Assembly (NCBI GenBank): GCA_044236545.1
Contig: JBIIGI010000004.1
Coordinates: 6,094-70,093, forward strand
Direction of reading: 5' to 3'
DNA: 64,000 nt
From: Chthoniobacterales bacterium
GTDB taxonomy: Bacteria > Verrucomicrobiota > Verrucomicrobiia > Chthoniobacterales > UBA6821
Below are positions 1 through 9,064 of this stretch, in pieces. The notes under the pieces were generated by a model. That model was not told where the DNA came from. It made no database searches and saw only the letters and a program-made list of their open reading frames with translations. The stretch's first letter is position 1. Each line of letters opens with the position of its first letter. Both the position numbers and the translations under genes were made by a program.

Positions 1-513
1 GAGGATGTCTCCCACGATCGCGACACGGACTCCGTCGATGCGTCCGAGCTTCTCGCGGATGGTGAAGGCGTCGAGGAGTCCCTGGGTCGGGTGCTCATGA
101 GCGCCGTCTCCCGCATTGATCACCGAGGCACCAAGCCTGTCGGCAAGGAAACGGGCGCTTCCGGCGGACTTGTGCCGGATGACGATCAGGTCGGCGCGCA
201 GGGCCTCGAGGTTGCGGGCGGTGTCGAGGAGTGTCTCCCCCTTCTCGAGGCTGGAGGCGGAGGCGGAGATATTGACCACGTCGGCGCTGAGCCGCATCGC
301 GGCCAACTCGAAGGAGATTCTCGTGCGTGTGCTCGGCTCGACGAAGAAGTTCACCAACGTCTTGCCGCGGAGCGCGGGGACTTTCTTAAGATTCCTCTCC
401 CCCACCCCCTTGAAGGCAGTGGCCGTGTCGAGGATGGTCTTGATCTCATCGGCCGTGTGGTCGGCAAGGGCACAGAGATCCTTGTGCTTCCAGGAGTGCG
501 GTGTCGTGGTCAT
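1..513 (-). CDS. pyrB: aspartate carbamoyltransferase catalytic subunit, 5' part (continues beyond window start)
   Basis: Not in ORF track because no stop lies in the window. Manual minus-strand translation from ATG (511-513): [31 protein letters not shown]...[16 protein letters not shown]...[22 protein letters not shown] and HPTQ motifs are ATCase hallmarks. Start overlaps the pyrR stop. Confidence 0.85.
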   Translation of the reverse strand, partial: MTTTPHSWKHKDLCALADHTADEIKTILDTATAFKGVGERNLKKVPALRGKTLVNFFVEPSTRTRISFELAAMRLSADVVNISASASSLEKGETLLDTARNLEALRADLIVIRHKSAGSARFLADRLGASVINAGDGAHEHPTQGLLDAFTIREKLGRIDGVRVAIVGDIL

Positions 514-1112
514 GCGGAGGGCGGTGTGGCGGAGAGGAGCGTGACGGAATCGGGAACACCATCCGTCTCCTCGAAGCGGACCCTGATGCGGTCATTAAAG
601 GCGGTCGGGACATTCTTGCCTACGAAATCGGCGCGGATCGGAAGTTCGCGGTGGCCCCTGTCGACCAACGCGGCGAGTTGGATCCGGGAGGGCCTGCCGA
701 ACGAGGCAATGGCATCCATCGCGGCCCTGCAACTGCGCCCCGTGAAGAGGACATCGTCGATGAGGACCAGGGGGCGACCGTCGAGATCAAGGGGGAGTTC
801 GGTGAGTTCCAGCACACTCACGCGGGGACGTGTGGCAAGGTCATCGCGGTGCATGGAGACATCGACCACCCCGAGAGCAGGGGCGATTCCCTCGATCTCG
901 GTGATATGGGCGGCTATCCGCCGCGCGACAGTCTTGCCACGCGTGGGGATCCCGGCAATGACCAGACTCTTGAGATCGTGGTTCTGCTCGACGATCTCGT
1001 GGGCGATGCGACGGATCGCCTTGCGGATTGCATCGGCGTCCATCACAAGGACCCCTTCCCCGGCACTTGAGTGCGCCGCGCCCTGTTTTCCAGTTGAGGT
1101 GGGTTTGTTCAT
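510..1112 (-). CDS. pyrR: bifunctional pyrimidine operon regulator / uracil phosphoribosyltransferase PyrR
   Basis: 200-aa ORF. PRTase-type PRPP motif [13 protein letters not shown]. PyrR-like ends ([11 protein letters not shown]..., ...[15 protein letters not shown]). Directly upstream of pyrB. Confidence 0.9.
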   Translation of the reverse strand: MNKPTSTGKQGAAHSSAGEGVLVMDADAIRKAIRRIAHEIVEQNHDLKSLVIAGIPTRGKTVARRIAAHITEIEGIAPALGVVDVSMHRDDLATRPRVSVLELTELPLDLDGRPLVLIDDVLFTGRSCRAAMDAIASFGRPSRIQLAALVDRGHRELPIRADFVGKNVPTAFNDRIRVRFEETDGVPDSVTLLSATPPSA

Positions 1113-1150
1113 AGTTCCTTGGTGGTCTCGCGGGACCTCCTTAAAGGAAG
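1113..1150 (-). promoter_or_regulatory. candidate PyrR-binding RNA hairpin in the pyrR leader
   Basis: Minus-strand RNA reads CCUUUAAGGAGGUCCCGCGAGACCACCAAGGAACU-AUG. This resembles the remembered PyrR binding-loop consensus (UUUAAGG..UCCAGAGAGGCU..AAGG) with 3 mismatches in the core. It abuts the pyrR start codon. Confidence 0.35.
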
Positions 1151-1161
1151 GGAATGATGAA

Positions 1162-1386
1162 TCAGTTCAACATTCCCTTGGCCGCAGCCCTGGCCTGACG
1201 CCATTGGGTCCGATGTTTCAGCATCCAGTCGAGAAGAGCTCTCTCAAATCCTATGTCACGACCGACCTTCTCGCTCTCTATCCACTTGTGACGTAAAATC
1301 TCCTCCCGCTCCGCCAAAAACTCCCTGTAGAGGGCAGAATTTTTAAGCAGATCACCGGCATCCGTGGATGCAAGGGAGCGTGTCAT
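1162..1386 (-). CDS. small conserved-looking hypothetical protein (motif HKWIESEKxGRDIGFE..A..DW)
   Basis: ORF 1162..1398 starts at a TTG. The first ATG is at 1386 (MTRSLAS...). It lies on the same strand, upstream of pyrR. No family name assigned with confidence. Confidence 0.5.
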   Translation of the reverse strand: MTRSLASTDAGDLLKNSALYREFLAEREEILRHKWIESEKVGRDIGFERALLDWMLKHRTQWRQARAAAKGMLN

Positions 1387-1447
1387 TGATGCGAACAATA
1401 CCGGGAAAGGGATCGGAAGTCAACCCGACTCATCAAACCGGCCTCCT

Positions 1448-2791
1448 TCACCCTTTGGGTACCACCTTTCCCTCGCGCCGGGATGTGCGGATCACGTCAC
1501 GGTAGTAATGGGCGGCGGGCTTGAGTACGCGGTCGCGGGTCGCGGGATCCATCGTGGAGAGGCCGAACTTCGGCACATAGCCGTAGTGCCACTCGTAGTT
1601 GTCGGCCAGCGACCAGACGAAGTAACCCTTCACGTCGTACCCCTCGTCCATGGTCTGGCGGATCTGCGCGATATGGTCACGGAGATAGGAAAGGCGCTTC
1701 GCCTCGTTCTTTGTGGCGATGCCGTTCTCGGTGATCATCATCGGCTTGTCGTAGCGCTTGCCGACAAAGCGGATCTGCTTGCCGAGTGCCTTGGGATCGA
1801 TGCGCCAGCCCATCATGGTGTAGTTGTGCCCGTGCCTTGATCCCTCCGAGATGAGGCTGAGGGGTCCGGCGGCCTGGCTGTAGTAGTAGTTGAACCCGAT
1901 GATGTCGCAGACATCGTGGATGCGGTCGAGATGGTCGAAGTTGGCATGCATCACCGTGTTGTAGACAATGCCTCCCGGATCGAGGGGGCCGCGCGTCCAC
2001 CAGGGAAGCGCCTCGACGCTGAGCACCTTGGCGGAGGGCTTGACCTCCTTGATGCGCGCCGCGGCATCCCGGAACATGTCGGCGCTGGCGATGGTCGCCG
2101 CCTTGTATCCCTTGAAGTCGAGGGTATGGCAGGGAGGCCAGAGACCGGCGATGTAGGCCGTGAGAATCTGACCGTTGGGCTCGTTCTCGGGAGCGTAGTA
2201 GTTCACAAAAGGCGAAGTCGCCCTGACCATCTTCTTCACATAGAGGTTCCAGCGTTCCCGCACCAGCGGATGGAGCCAGTTGGTCTTGGAGCTGTCCTTC
2301 GTATCGGTCAGCCATGCGGGGAAGGTGAAATGCCAAAGGGTCACGACCGGCTCGATCCCCGCCTCCTTCAGCTTCCGGCACATGCGGACATATCCCTGCA
2401 CGGCCTCCTCGTTGTAGCGTCCTGGCTGGGGTTCGACTCGTGCCCACTCGATGCTGAAGCGGTAATGGGTGACGCCGATCTTCTTCAGGGCGGCGAGATC
2501 CTTGTCAAAGTCACTCCAGCTGAAGAGCGCATTGCCGACCACCGGGGCCTTCTTCTGCTGCACGAGAAGATCCCAGTCACGAACATAGTAGTTCTTCTCC
2601 CCGGGCTTCTCCGCCTTGTTCTCATACTGGAGACTGCTGGTGGAGATGCCCCAGGCGAAGTGGGCGTATCCCTTGAGCTTTTCCGCACGGTTCTCCGGGG
2701 CCTTGTCGAGTGGTCCGAGCGGATGGAGGACGCAGCCGGAAAGGATCGTCAGGATTGCCGCGATGGCCGCGGGACGGAGGAACGTGGTCAA
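1448..2791 (-). CDS. glycoside hydrolase family 1 (beta-glucosidase-like), predicted lipoprotein
   Basis: 447 aa. GH1 acid/base ENEPNG and nucleophile ITENG motifs. N-terminal signal with lipobox LSGC. TTG start overlaps the upstream gene's stop (TTGA). Confidence 0.85.
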   Translation of the reverse strand: MTTFLRPAAIAAILTILSGCVLHPLGPLDKAPENRAEKLKGYAHFAWGISTSSLQYENKAEKPGEKNYYVRDWDLLVQQKKAPVVGNALFSWSDFDKDLAALKKIGVTHYRFSIEWARVEPQPGRYNEEAVQGYVRMCRKLKEAGIEPVVTLWHFTFPAWLTDTKDSSKTNWLHPLVRERWNLYVKKMVRATSPFVNYYAPENEPNGQILTAYIAGLWPPCHTLDFKGYKAATIASADMFRDAAARIKEVKPSAKVLSVEALPWWTRGPLDPGGIVYNTVMHANFDHLDRIHDVCDIIGFNYYYSQAAGPLSLISEGSRHGHNYTMMGWRIDPKALGKQIRFVGKRYDKPMMITENGIATKNEAKRLSYLRDHIAQIRQTMDEGYDVKGYFVWSLADNYEWHYGYVPKFGLSTMDPATRDRVLKPAAHYYRDVIRTSRREGKVVPKG

Positions 2792-3735
2792 TGGCGTGGT
2801 GTGGTTGCGGAGGTGGACTGCTTGAGCTTTTCCGTCGCCTTGACGGTGAGTAACTTCAGGTCACCCATCGAGTCGCGGTAAAAACCCCTCAGATCGGGAA
2901 TCATTTCCGACCAAGACTGCGTTCCGCCGGAGATGACTTTATCGAAATTCTTTTGGCGATCCACCCTCAGCTCACCTCTGGAGTCATTGACCACATGGAA
3001 AGGAAGGGTGTTCTTGCGATACTCTTCATCGGAGACACGGGCACGGTCGAGGCGGTTCGCATCATAAATCGAGATCCACCATCCCCCATAGGAATCGGGT
3101 GCATCCTGCGGAGTCACCTCGAAGGTGAATTTTCCGACCTTCCTGACACCACCGCGGTCACTGATCCCGTACAGTGCGGAAATCTCATCCCGGGAAGTCA
3201 GGATGCCGGCCAGATAGGCGCGGACGACATTCTTGAAGCGCATTAGCGCGAGTCCCTTGCCGTAGACACCGAACTCCAGGCAGACCGGATCCTCGGGATT
3301 GCCGTACACATTCAGCTCGGTGCGTTTGTTCACCCGGAACGAGAGGTAGGGAATGTTGCGCAGACGGCCGTTGTCGATCGTCGTGGCGGGCACCTGCCTG
3401 AAGGATCGGATATTGTCGTCGGCGCGAAGGTCCTGAACGATCATCCGCCATGGGGGAAGCTTGCCCGAATCTGCGATGTCGGCGAAGTAGACCAGCGCAT
3501 CCCCCTCGTCCATGATCCTTCGGATCTGCGACTTGGGGATTACCACCTCGCCCATGCGCTGTTGGAGAATCACCTCCTTGGCGTTGTTCTTGAGGATCAG
3601 GCCGTGGAGTTCGCTGCCATCGTTCAGGAGGAGGGTGTCAGGTGCAAGACGGCCGTTGGGCAGATCGATGGCCCAGAGCGGCTGCACCATCGTCAGCAGC
3701 AATGCCGCCGCAGAAAGGAAAAACGAACTCTTCAT
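2788..3735 (-). CDS. secreted hypothetical protein
   Basis: 315 aa. Signal peptide MKSSFFLSAAALLLTMVQPLWA. No recognisable catalytic motif. Translationally coupled to the downstream GH1 gene. Confidence 0.6.
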   Translation of the reverse strand: MKSSFFLSAAALLLTMVQPLWAIDLPNGRLAPDTLLLNDGSELHGLILKNNAKEVILQQRMGEVVIPKSQIRRIMDEGDALVYFADIADSGKLPPWRMIVQDLRADDNIRSFRQVPATTIDNGRLRNIPYLSFRVNKRTELNVYGNPEDPVCLEFGVYGKGLALMRFKNVVRAYLAGILTSRDEISALYGISDRGGVRKVGKFTFEVTPQDAPDSYGGWWISIYDANRLDRARVSDEEYRKNTLPFHVVNDSRGELRVDRQKNFDKVISGGTQSWSEMIPDLRGFYRDSMGDLKLLTVKATEKLKQSTSATTPRH

Positions 3736-3773
3736 GATTGATCGATTGAACCCTTGCTACTAGGGCTTGTCCC

Positions 3774-5117
3774 ATGCATCAAGCAACCTTACGGATAAAG
3801 ATACCGTTTTTCCTGCTCCTTCCGCTCACCCTTTTCTTCAGCGGATGCATCTCGCCCGTTCCCCACTACAGACCTCCGGCCAAGGCGATCGTTCTCGGGA
3901 AGCTCCCGAAGGAGCCATTCTGGTGGGGCACCTCCACCGCATCGTTCCAGAATGAGGACCGGGGATGCGCCCCAGGTTCCAAGTGGTATTATAGGACAGA
4001 TTGGGACTGCTTTGCCGATGAGGGAGGGGCACCACCCCGCGGTGACGAGGGAGTCTTTTCCTGGAGCGAATTCGACAAGGATCTGGCCGCCCTGCGGAAA
4101 CTGGGAGTGAATCATTTCCGCTTCGGCGTCGAATGGGCACGGATCGAACCGCGCAAGGGGGTCATCAACGAGTCGGCCCTCCGCCAGTATGCCGGGATGG
4201 CGCGCAAGTGCCGTGAGGCCGGGATCGAGCCGCTCATCACCCTCTGGCACTTCACCTTCCCGGACTGGCTCTGTCCCAAGGACAAGTCCAAGGCCAACTT
4301 CCTCAACCCCGACGTCCGCACCGCCTGGCAGGCCCACGTCCGGCGCGTCGTGAAGGCCACCAAGGCAGATGTCCGTATCTACATCCCGCAGAACGAGCCT
4401 AACGGGGCCCTTCAGCTCGGATGGCTGGCCGCCCACTGGCCTCCCGGTCTTCTGATGCGTCCCGGCTCCTACAAAAAGGCGATGCGGGTCTCCGCGGACA
4501 TGTTCCGCGACGCCGCTGGGATCGTCAGGGAAGAGCGACCCGACGCCCTGATCATGGGCATCTATTCCCTGCCCCACTGGAATAAGGCCCGCTTCCTCGA
4601 CCCCACGCGCTCCGTCTACAACCTCATGCAGCACCAGAACTTCGACCAACTCGACATGGTGGCCGACACCTGCGACCTGATCGGGGTAAACTACTACTAC
4701 TCGCAGCAGGCCAGCGCGGTTCGCTTCATCTTCCGACCCAGCGGAGAGCATAACTCCGGATACACCCAGCTCGGATGGGAGATCGTTCCCACGGGTCTCT
4801 ATCACATCCTCAAGGATGTCCATGGCCGCTACCACAAGCCGATCGTCATCTCCGAGAACGGCATCGGCACCCAGAGCGGCCAGAAATCGATCCGTTACTT
4901 CCGCGAACACATCGCCCAGATGCGCCGCGCAATGAACGAGGGAGTGGACGTCCGGGGATATTTCCCATGGACCCTCGTCGACAACTACGAGTGGACCGAA
5001 GGTTGGAATCACGCACAGTTCGGCCTCTTCTCCTACGACAAGAAGACCCACGACCGCATCGCCACCCCCTCGGCCTTGTGGTATACGAAGTTCATCGAGG
5101 CATATCCGGAACCGTGA
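3774..5117 (+). CDS. glycoside hydrolase family 1 paralog, predicted lipoprotein
   Basis: 447 aa. QNEPNG and ISENG motifs. Lipobox FFSGC. Roughly half of positions identical by eye to the 1448..2791 product. Confidence 0.85.
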   Translation: MHQATLRIKIPFFLLLPLTLFFSGCISPVPHYRPPAKAIVLGKLPKEPFWWGTSTASFQNEDRGCAPGSKWYYRTDWDCFADEGGAPPRGDEGVFSWSEFDKDLAALRKLGVNHFRFGVEWARIEPRKGVINESALRQYAGMARKCREAGIEPLITLWHFTFPDWLCPKDKSKANFLNPDVRTAWQAHVRRVVKATKADVRIYIPQNEPNGALQLGWLAAHWPPGLLMRPGSYKKAMRVSADMFRDAAGIVREERPDALIMGIYSLPHWNKARFLDPTRSVYNLMQHQNFDQLDMVADTCDLIGVNYYYSQQASAVRFIFRPSGEHNSGYTQLGWEIVPTGLYHILKDVHGRYHKPIVISENGIGTQSGQKSIRYFREHIAQMRRAMNEGVDVRGYFPWTLVDNYEWTEGWNHAQFGLFSYDKKTHDRIATPSALWYTKFIEAYPEP

Positions 5118-5130
5118 CCGGAAAGGCCGA

Positions 5131-5847
5131 ATGAAAAAGGAGGAGAGGGCATTCGACCATAACGATGTGACCCGGATCGTCGATGAGGTGATCAAGGGTC
5201 GGCGATCGGTGCGTGGGTATCTCCCCACGCCGGTGCCGAAGGAAACCATCCTGGAGATACTGGATGTTGCGGCACGCGCACCCTCAGGCACCAACACCCA
5301 ACCCTGGAAGGTCACTGTCGTCACCGGCCAAAAAAAGGAGGCCCTTTCCCGCGAACTCATCGAGACGGCGCTCGATACCGCGCGTGATGCGGAACATACC
5401 CAGGAATATTCCTACTATCCCGCGAAGTGGACGCATCCCTATATCGACCGGCGGCGCAAGGTCGGCTACGACCTCTACGGTCTCCTTGGAATCGCCAAGG
5501 GCGACAAGGATCGGATGAACCGACAGTTCGCCCGCAACTACGCATTCTTCGACGCACCCGTTGGCCTCTTCTTCACCATCGACCGGATTCTGGGGCAGGG
5601 AAGCTGGCTTGATTACGGGATGTTCCTTCAGAATGTCATGATCGCCGCACGGGCACGTGGTCTCGACACCTGTCCGCAGGCCGCATTCACCAAGTATCAC
5701 CGGATCGTGACCCGGCATCTCGCGATCCCCGAAGAGCAGATGCTTGTCTGCGGCATGGCTCTGGGCTACGAGGATGTCTCCGGAATCGCGAATTCGCTGC
5801 AAACCGAACGCGAATCCGCCGCGAACTTCACCCGCTTCGTCGGGTGA
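5131..5847 (+). CDS. nitroreductase family oxidoreductase
   Basis: 238 aa. RRSVRGY...APSGTNTQPW signature typical of the NfsB/nitroreductase fold. Confidence 0.85.
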   Translation: MKKEERAFDHNDVTRIVDEVIKGRRSVRGYLPTPVPKETILEILDVAARAPSGTNTQPWKVTVVTGQKKEALSRELIETALDTARDAEHTQEYSYYPAKWTHPYIDRRRKVGYDLYGLLGIAKGDKDRMNRQFARNYAFFDAPVGLFFTIDRILGQGSWLDYGMFLQNVMIAARARGLDTCPQAAFTKYHRIVTRHLAIPEEQMLVCGMALGYEDVSGIANSLQTERESAANFTRFVG

Positions 5848-6426
5848 TCATCCCTCCAGATAGGGAGAGAGGCGTTGCTTGAGCAGTTTATGGGCGCGGA
5901 AGAGGAGGCTTTTGACAGCTGCGAGGCTGACTCCCAGCACGATGGCGATCTCCTCGTAGGGCATCCCTTCATGGCGGCGCAGAACCACGGCAAGACGCTC
6001 TTTTTCAGACAGGGACGCCATGGCGGAATCAATCGCGCACTGAAGCTCCAGACGCATGGCCCTGCCGTCCGGTCCCGGAGCATAATCCGGTTGCTCGGGC
6101 AATGGCTCATCCCCCAGGGATTGCGGAATCAACCGCGAACGGACGCGGCGGCGGGATTCGTTGAAGACCAGGCGCTTTGTGATGGTCATCAACCACGTGG
6201 TCACCTTGGCCTCGGGACGCCATCGTGGTGCCGACTTCCAGACATTGAGAAAGACCTGCTGGGCTAGATCCTCGGCATCAGCCGGACCGATCATCCTGGC
6301 CACGGTGCCGATCACGAGGCGTTGATGGCGATCCACCAGCACCCGGAACGCATCGTGGTCACCTAGGGCGATCGCCCTCATCAACGACTCGTCGGATTCC
6401 TCGGACTCGGTGGAAAAATCCGTCAC
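5848..6426 (-). CDS. ECF-type RNA polymerase sigma-70 factor
   Basis: 192 aa, GTG start. Region 2 (DAEDLAQQVFLNVW) and region 4 HTH (MPYEEIAIVLGVSLAAVKSLLFRA). Confidence 0.85.
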   Translation of the reverse strand: MTDFSTESEESDESLMRAIALGDHDAFRVLVDRHQRLVIGTVARMIGPADAEDLAQQVFLNVWKSAPRWRPEAKVTTWLMTITKRLVFNESRRRVRSRLIPQSLGDEPLPEQPDYAPGPDGRAMRLELQCAIDSAMASLSEKERLAVVLRRHEGMPYEEIAIVLGVSLAAVKSLLFRAHKLLKQRLSPYLEG

Positions 6427-6440
6427 ATGAATCAGCCTGC

Positions 6441-6475
6441 CTTCAACTCTTCAACTCTTCAACTCTTCAACTCTT
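6441..6475. repeat. tandem 8-mer (CTTCAACT)x4
   Basis: Four perfect units read directly at 6441-6472, plus a partial unit. It spans the trmB stop codon and the 24-nt spacer before the sigma gene. Confidence 0.9.
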
Positions 6476-7041
6476 TTCACCGCAATCCGACCGATCGGAT
6501 CCCCCTTCGCCAGAAAGATGGTCTCAAACTCGGTCACCGGACGCATCAACCCATCAGTCCACTCCACCTCGACCCAGCCGCCGTGGATCGCAAGCTGTTG
6601 CTTCATGGAATCGAAGTATCCGGGGTGATCTGTCATGAGGCGCAATACGCCTCCGGGCTTGAGCTTGGTGGCCGCGATCCCGAGGAACGCTACATTCACA
6701 AGGCGGCGGAACCAATGCCGTCTCTTCGGCCAGGGATCCGGAAAGGAGACATGCAGGGTGTCGAGAAAGCCATCCGGCACGAGGGCATCCAGTGATTCCT
6801 TCCCCCATCCGCGCCAGAGCGAGGCGTTGGCGATTCCCTGACGCTCGATCTTCCTGTTGGCGCGTTTCACACGGTCGGAAAGCCCCTCGATTCCGGCAAA
6901 GAAAACGCCGGGGTTCAGCACGGCGCTCTCAGAAAGAAATTTCCCCTTCGAGGCACCAAAATCACATTCAATCCGGGAAAATCCCGCTGCTTTGCGGATG
7001 AGTTCCTGACGGGCCGCCGCCAACCCGTCGTTCGGGGCCAT
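6451..7041 (-). CDS. trmB: tRNA (guanine-N7)-methyltransferase
   Basis: FPDPWPKRRH motif and SAM-MTase fold sequence. The ORF extends to 7170, but that would overlap clpX by 80 nt. ATG at 7041 preferred; the start is uncertain. Confidence 0.8.
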   Translation of the reverse strand: MAPNDGLAAARQELIRKAAGFSRIECDFGASKGKFLSESAVLNPGVFFAGIEGLSDRVKRANRKIERQGIANASLWRGWGKESLDALVPDGFLDTLHVSFPDPWPKRRHWFRRLVNVAFLGIAATKLKPGGVLRLMTDHPGYFDSMKQQLAIHGGWVEVEWTDGLMRPVTEFETIFLAKGDPIGRIAVKRVEELKS

Positions 7042-7090
7042 TCTCCCGGGAACGGGAATCAGTTCCGGATTCTCGATCCGTCCCACGGAC

Positions 7091-8371
7091 TCAGGCGGCG
7101 TCCTTCTCCTGACGGCGGCGCACCATCGCGGAACGCTTCCCCTCAACGACGGAACGGTTGATTGTGACACCCGTCACGTCATCGCGGTCTGGGGCCTCGT
7201 ACATGACGTCGAGCATGATCTTTTCGATCAACGATCGGAGGGCTCGGGCTCCGGTTCCCTTCTTCACGGCTGACTCCGCCAAAGCGGAAAGTCCGTCCTT
7301 GGTTACCGTCAGGGAAATCTCATCCATGGCCAGAAGCTTGGTGAACTGCTTCACCAGGGCGTTGCGTGGCTCGGTCAGGATGCGAACCAACTGCGCCTCG
7401 TTGAGTTGCTCGAGCGAGGCAAGCACGGGCAGCCGTCCGATGAACTCGGGGATCATCCCGAACGAGAGCAGATCCTCGGGCTCCACGGAGGCCAGGATTT
7501 TCAGGGCATCGGCTGGATCGAGGCCTTCCTCGGACTTGGAATGGAAGCCGAGTGTCTTCCCGCCGCTCCGGCGCTGGATGATTTTCTCCAGGCCGACGAA
7601 GGCCCCCCCGCAGATGAAGAGGATGTTCTGCGTGTTGAGTTGGATATACTCCTGATGGGGATGCTTCCGCCCACCCTGGGGGGGGACGTTGCAGGTGGTT
7701 CCCTCAAGGATCTTGAGGAGTGCCTGCTGGACCCCCTCACCGGAGACATCGCGGGTGATCGAGACGTTGTCAGTCTTGCGGCCGATCTTGTCGATCTCAT
7801 CGATGTAGACGATGCCCATCTCCGCCTTCTTCACATCGTAGTCTGCGTTCTGTAGCAGGCGCAGCACGATATTCTCGACATCCTCCCCGACATAACCCGC
7901 CTCGGTCAGCGTGGTGGCGTCGGCGATGGTGAACGGAACATCCAGAATGCGCGCCAGCGTGCGTGCCAGCAGGGTCTTTCCGGAACCGGTGGGTCCCATG
8001 AGAAGTATGTTGCTCTTCTCGACCTCGACCTCCGCAAGCCCCTCGGAGAGGAGCCCGGGTGGGAATCCGCGTTGCTCCAGGGTGATGCGCTTGTAATGAT
8101 TGTGGACGGCGACCGAGAGGGTCCGCTTGGCGAGATCCTGCCCGATCACATGCCGATCGAGTTCGGCACGGATTTCAGAGGGCTTCGGAACGCGCAGTTC
8201 CCCACCATCGGCTCCATGCTCCTCCGCCCCCCCCTCCTTGTCGAGGATACCCTTGCAGACCGTGATGCAACTGTCGCAGATGTAGACGCCGGGTCCTGCT
8301 ATCAACTTGCGGACTTCGGCGTGACTCTTTCCGCAGAAAGAGCACATTGTCAGGTTACTGGATCGTGCCAC
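7091..8371 (-). CDS. clpX: ATP-dependent Clp protease ATP-binding subunit ClpX
   Basis: Zn finger CSFCGK...CDSC. Walker A GPTGSGKT. 426 aa. GTG start at 8371 is preceded by a CA-rich leader; alternative ATG at 8347. Confidence 0.95.
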   Translation of the reverse strand: MARSSNLTMCSFCGKSHAEVRKLIAGPGVYICDSCITVCKGILDKEGGAEEHGADGGELRVPKPSEIRAELDRHVIGQDLAKRTLSVAVHNHYKRITLEQRGFPPGLLSEGLAEVEVEKSNILLMGPTGSGKTLLARTLARILDVPFTIADATTLTEAGYVGEDVENIVLRLLQNADYDVKKAEMGIVYIDEIDKIGRKTDNVSITRDVSGEGVQQALLKILEGTTCNVPPQGGRKHPHQEYIQLNTQNILFICGGAFVGLEKIIQRRSGGKTLGFHSKSEEGLDPADALKILASVEPEDLLSFGMIPEFIGRLPVLASLEQLNEAQLVRILTEPRNALVKQFTKLLAMDEISLTVTKDGLSALAESAVKKGTGARALRSLIEKIMLDVMYEAPDRDDVTGVTINRSVVEGKRSAMVRRRQEKDAA

Positions 8372-8409
8372 GGGTTTGGGAGTTGGTGGAGATTCGTGAA
8401 CTGGAGAGC

Positions 8410-9060
8410 TTATTCAGCCGAATCCACGGCCTTCTCGGGAGGGTTCTTGAGCTCCTTGCGGTACTTCACGACCTCGTCGACGAGACCGTATTCCTTGGCC
8501 TCATCCGCGGTCATGTAGTAGTCGCGGTCAGCATCCATCTTGACCTGTTCGATGCTCTTGCCGGTGTTCTCGGCAATGATCTTGGTCAGTCTTCGGTTGA
8601 GCTTGTACATGAACTCCACGCTCCGCTCGACGTCGCTGGCGGTGCCGTGGGCGCCGCCGGAGACCTGATGGATCATGATGTCGGAGTTAGGAAGGGCGAA
8701 GCGCTTCCCCTTGGTTCCGGCGCAGAGAAGGAAGGCCCCCATGCTGGCGGCCATGCCCATGCAGTAGGTGTTCACGTCGCAGGTGACGAACTGCATCGTG
8801 TCGTAGATGGCCAGACCGGCGGTCACCGAACCTCCGGGGGAGTTGATGTAGAGATGGATGTCCTTCTTGGCATCCTCCATCTGGAGGAAGAGAAGTTGGG
8901 CGATGACCAGGTTGGCGACATGGTCGTCGATCCCCGTGCCAATGAAGATGATCCGGTCCTTGAGAAGGCGGGAATAGATGTCGTAACTGCGTTCTCCGCG
9001 GCCGGTCTGCTCGACCACCATCGGGACGAGCATGGAATGAGGGGCTCTGTTTCCACTCAT
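8410..9060 (-). CDS. clpP: ATP-dependent Clp protease proteolytic subunit
   Basis: [17 protein letters not shown]...[11 protein letters not shown] motif. The ORF runs to 9156 but would overlap tig by 92 nt, so ATG at 9060 is preferred. Confidence 0.9.
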   Translation of the reverse strand: MSGNRAPHSMLVPMVVEQTGRGERSYDIYSRLLKDRIIFIGTGIDDHVANLVIAQLLFLQMEDAKKDIHLYINSPGGSVTAGLAIYDTMQFVTCDVNTYCMGMAASMGAFLLCAGTKGKRFALPNSDIMIHQVSGGAHGTASDVERSVEFMYKLNRRLTKIIAENTGKSIEQVKMDADRDYYMTADEAKEYGLVDEVVKYRKELKNPPEKAVDSAE

Positions 9061-9064
9061 GGGA

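Noticed and set aside
91-1296. 401-aa plus-strand ORF spanning the pyrB/pyrR region.
   Set aside because: It is antisense to two genes with unmistakable family motifs. Its Arg/Ala/Gly/Ser-rich composition is typical of shadow ORFs in GC-rich DNA.
3789-5360. 523-aa minus-strand ORF.
   Set aside because: Antisense shadow of the GH1 paralog and the start of the nitroreductase gene. No motifs, and low-complexity composition.
6441-6475. Possibility that the short tandem word repeats (also 29241-29264, 59918-59944, 63419-63455) are CRISPR arrays.
   Set aside because: Units are only 7-8 nt and directly abutting, with no spacers, and no cas genes are present. They are micro/minisatellite-like words that form hairpin arms.
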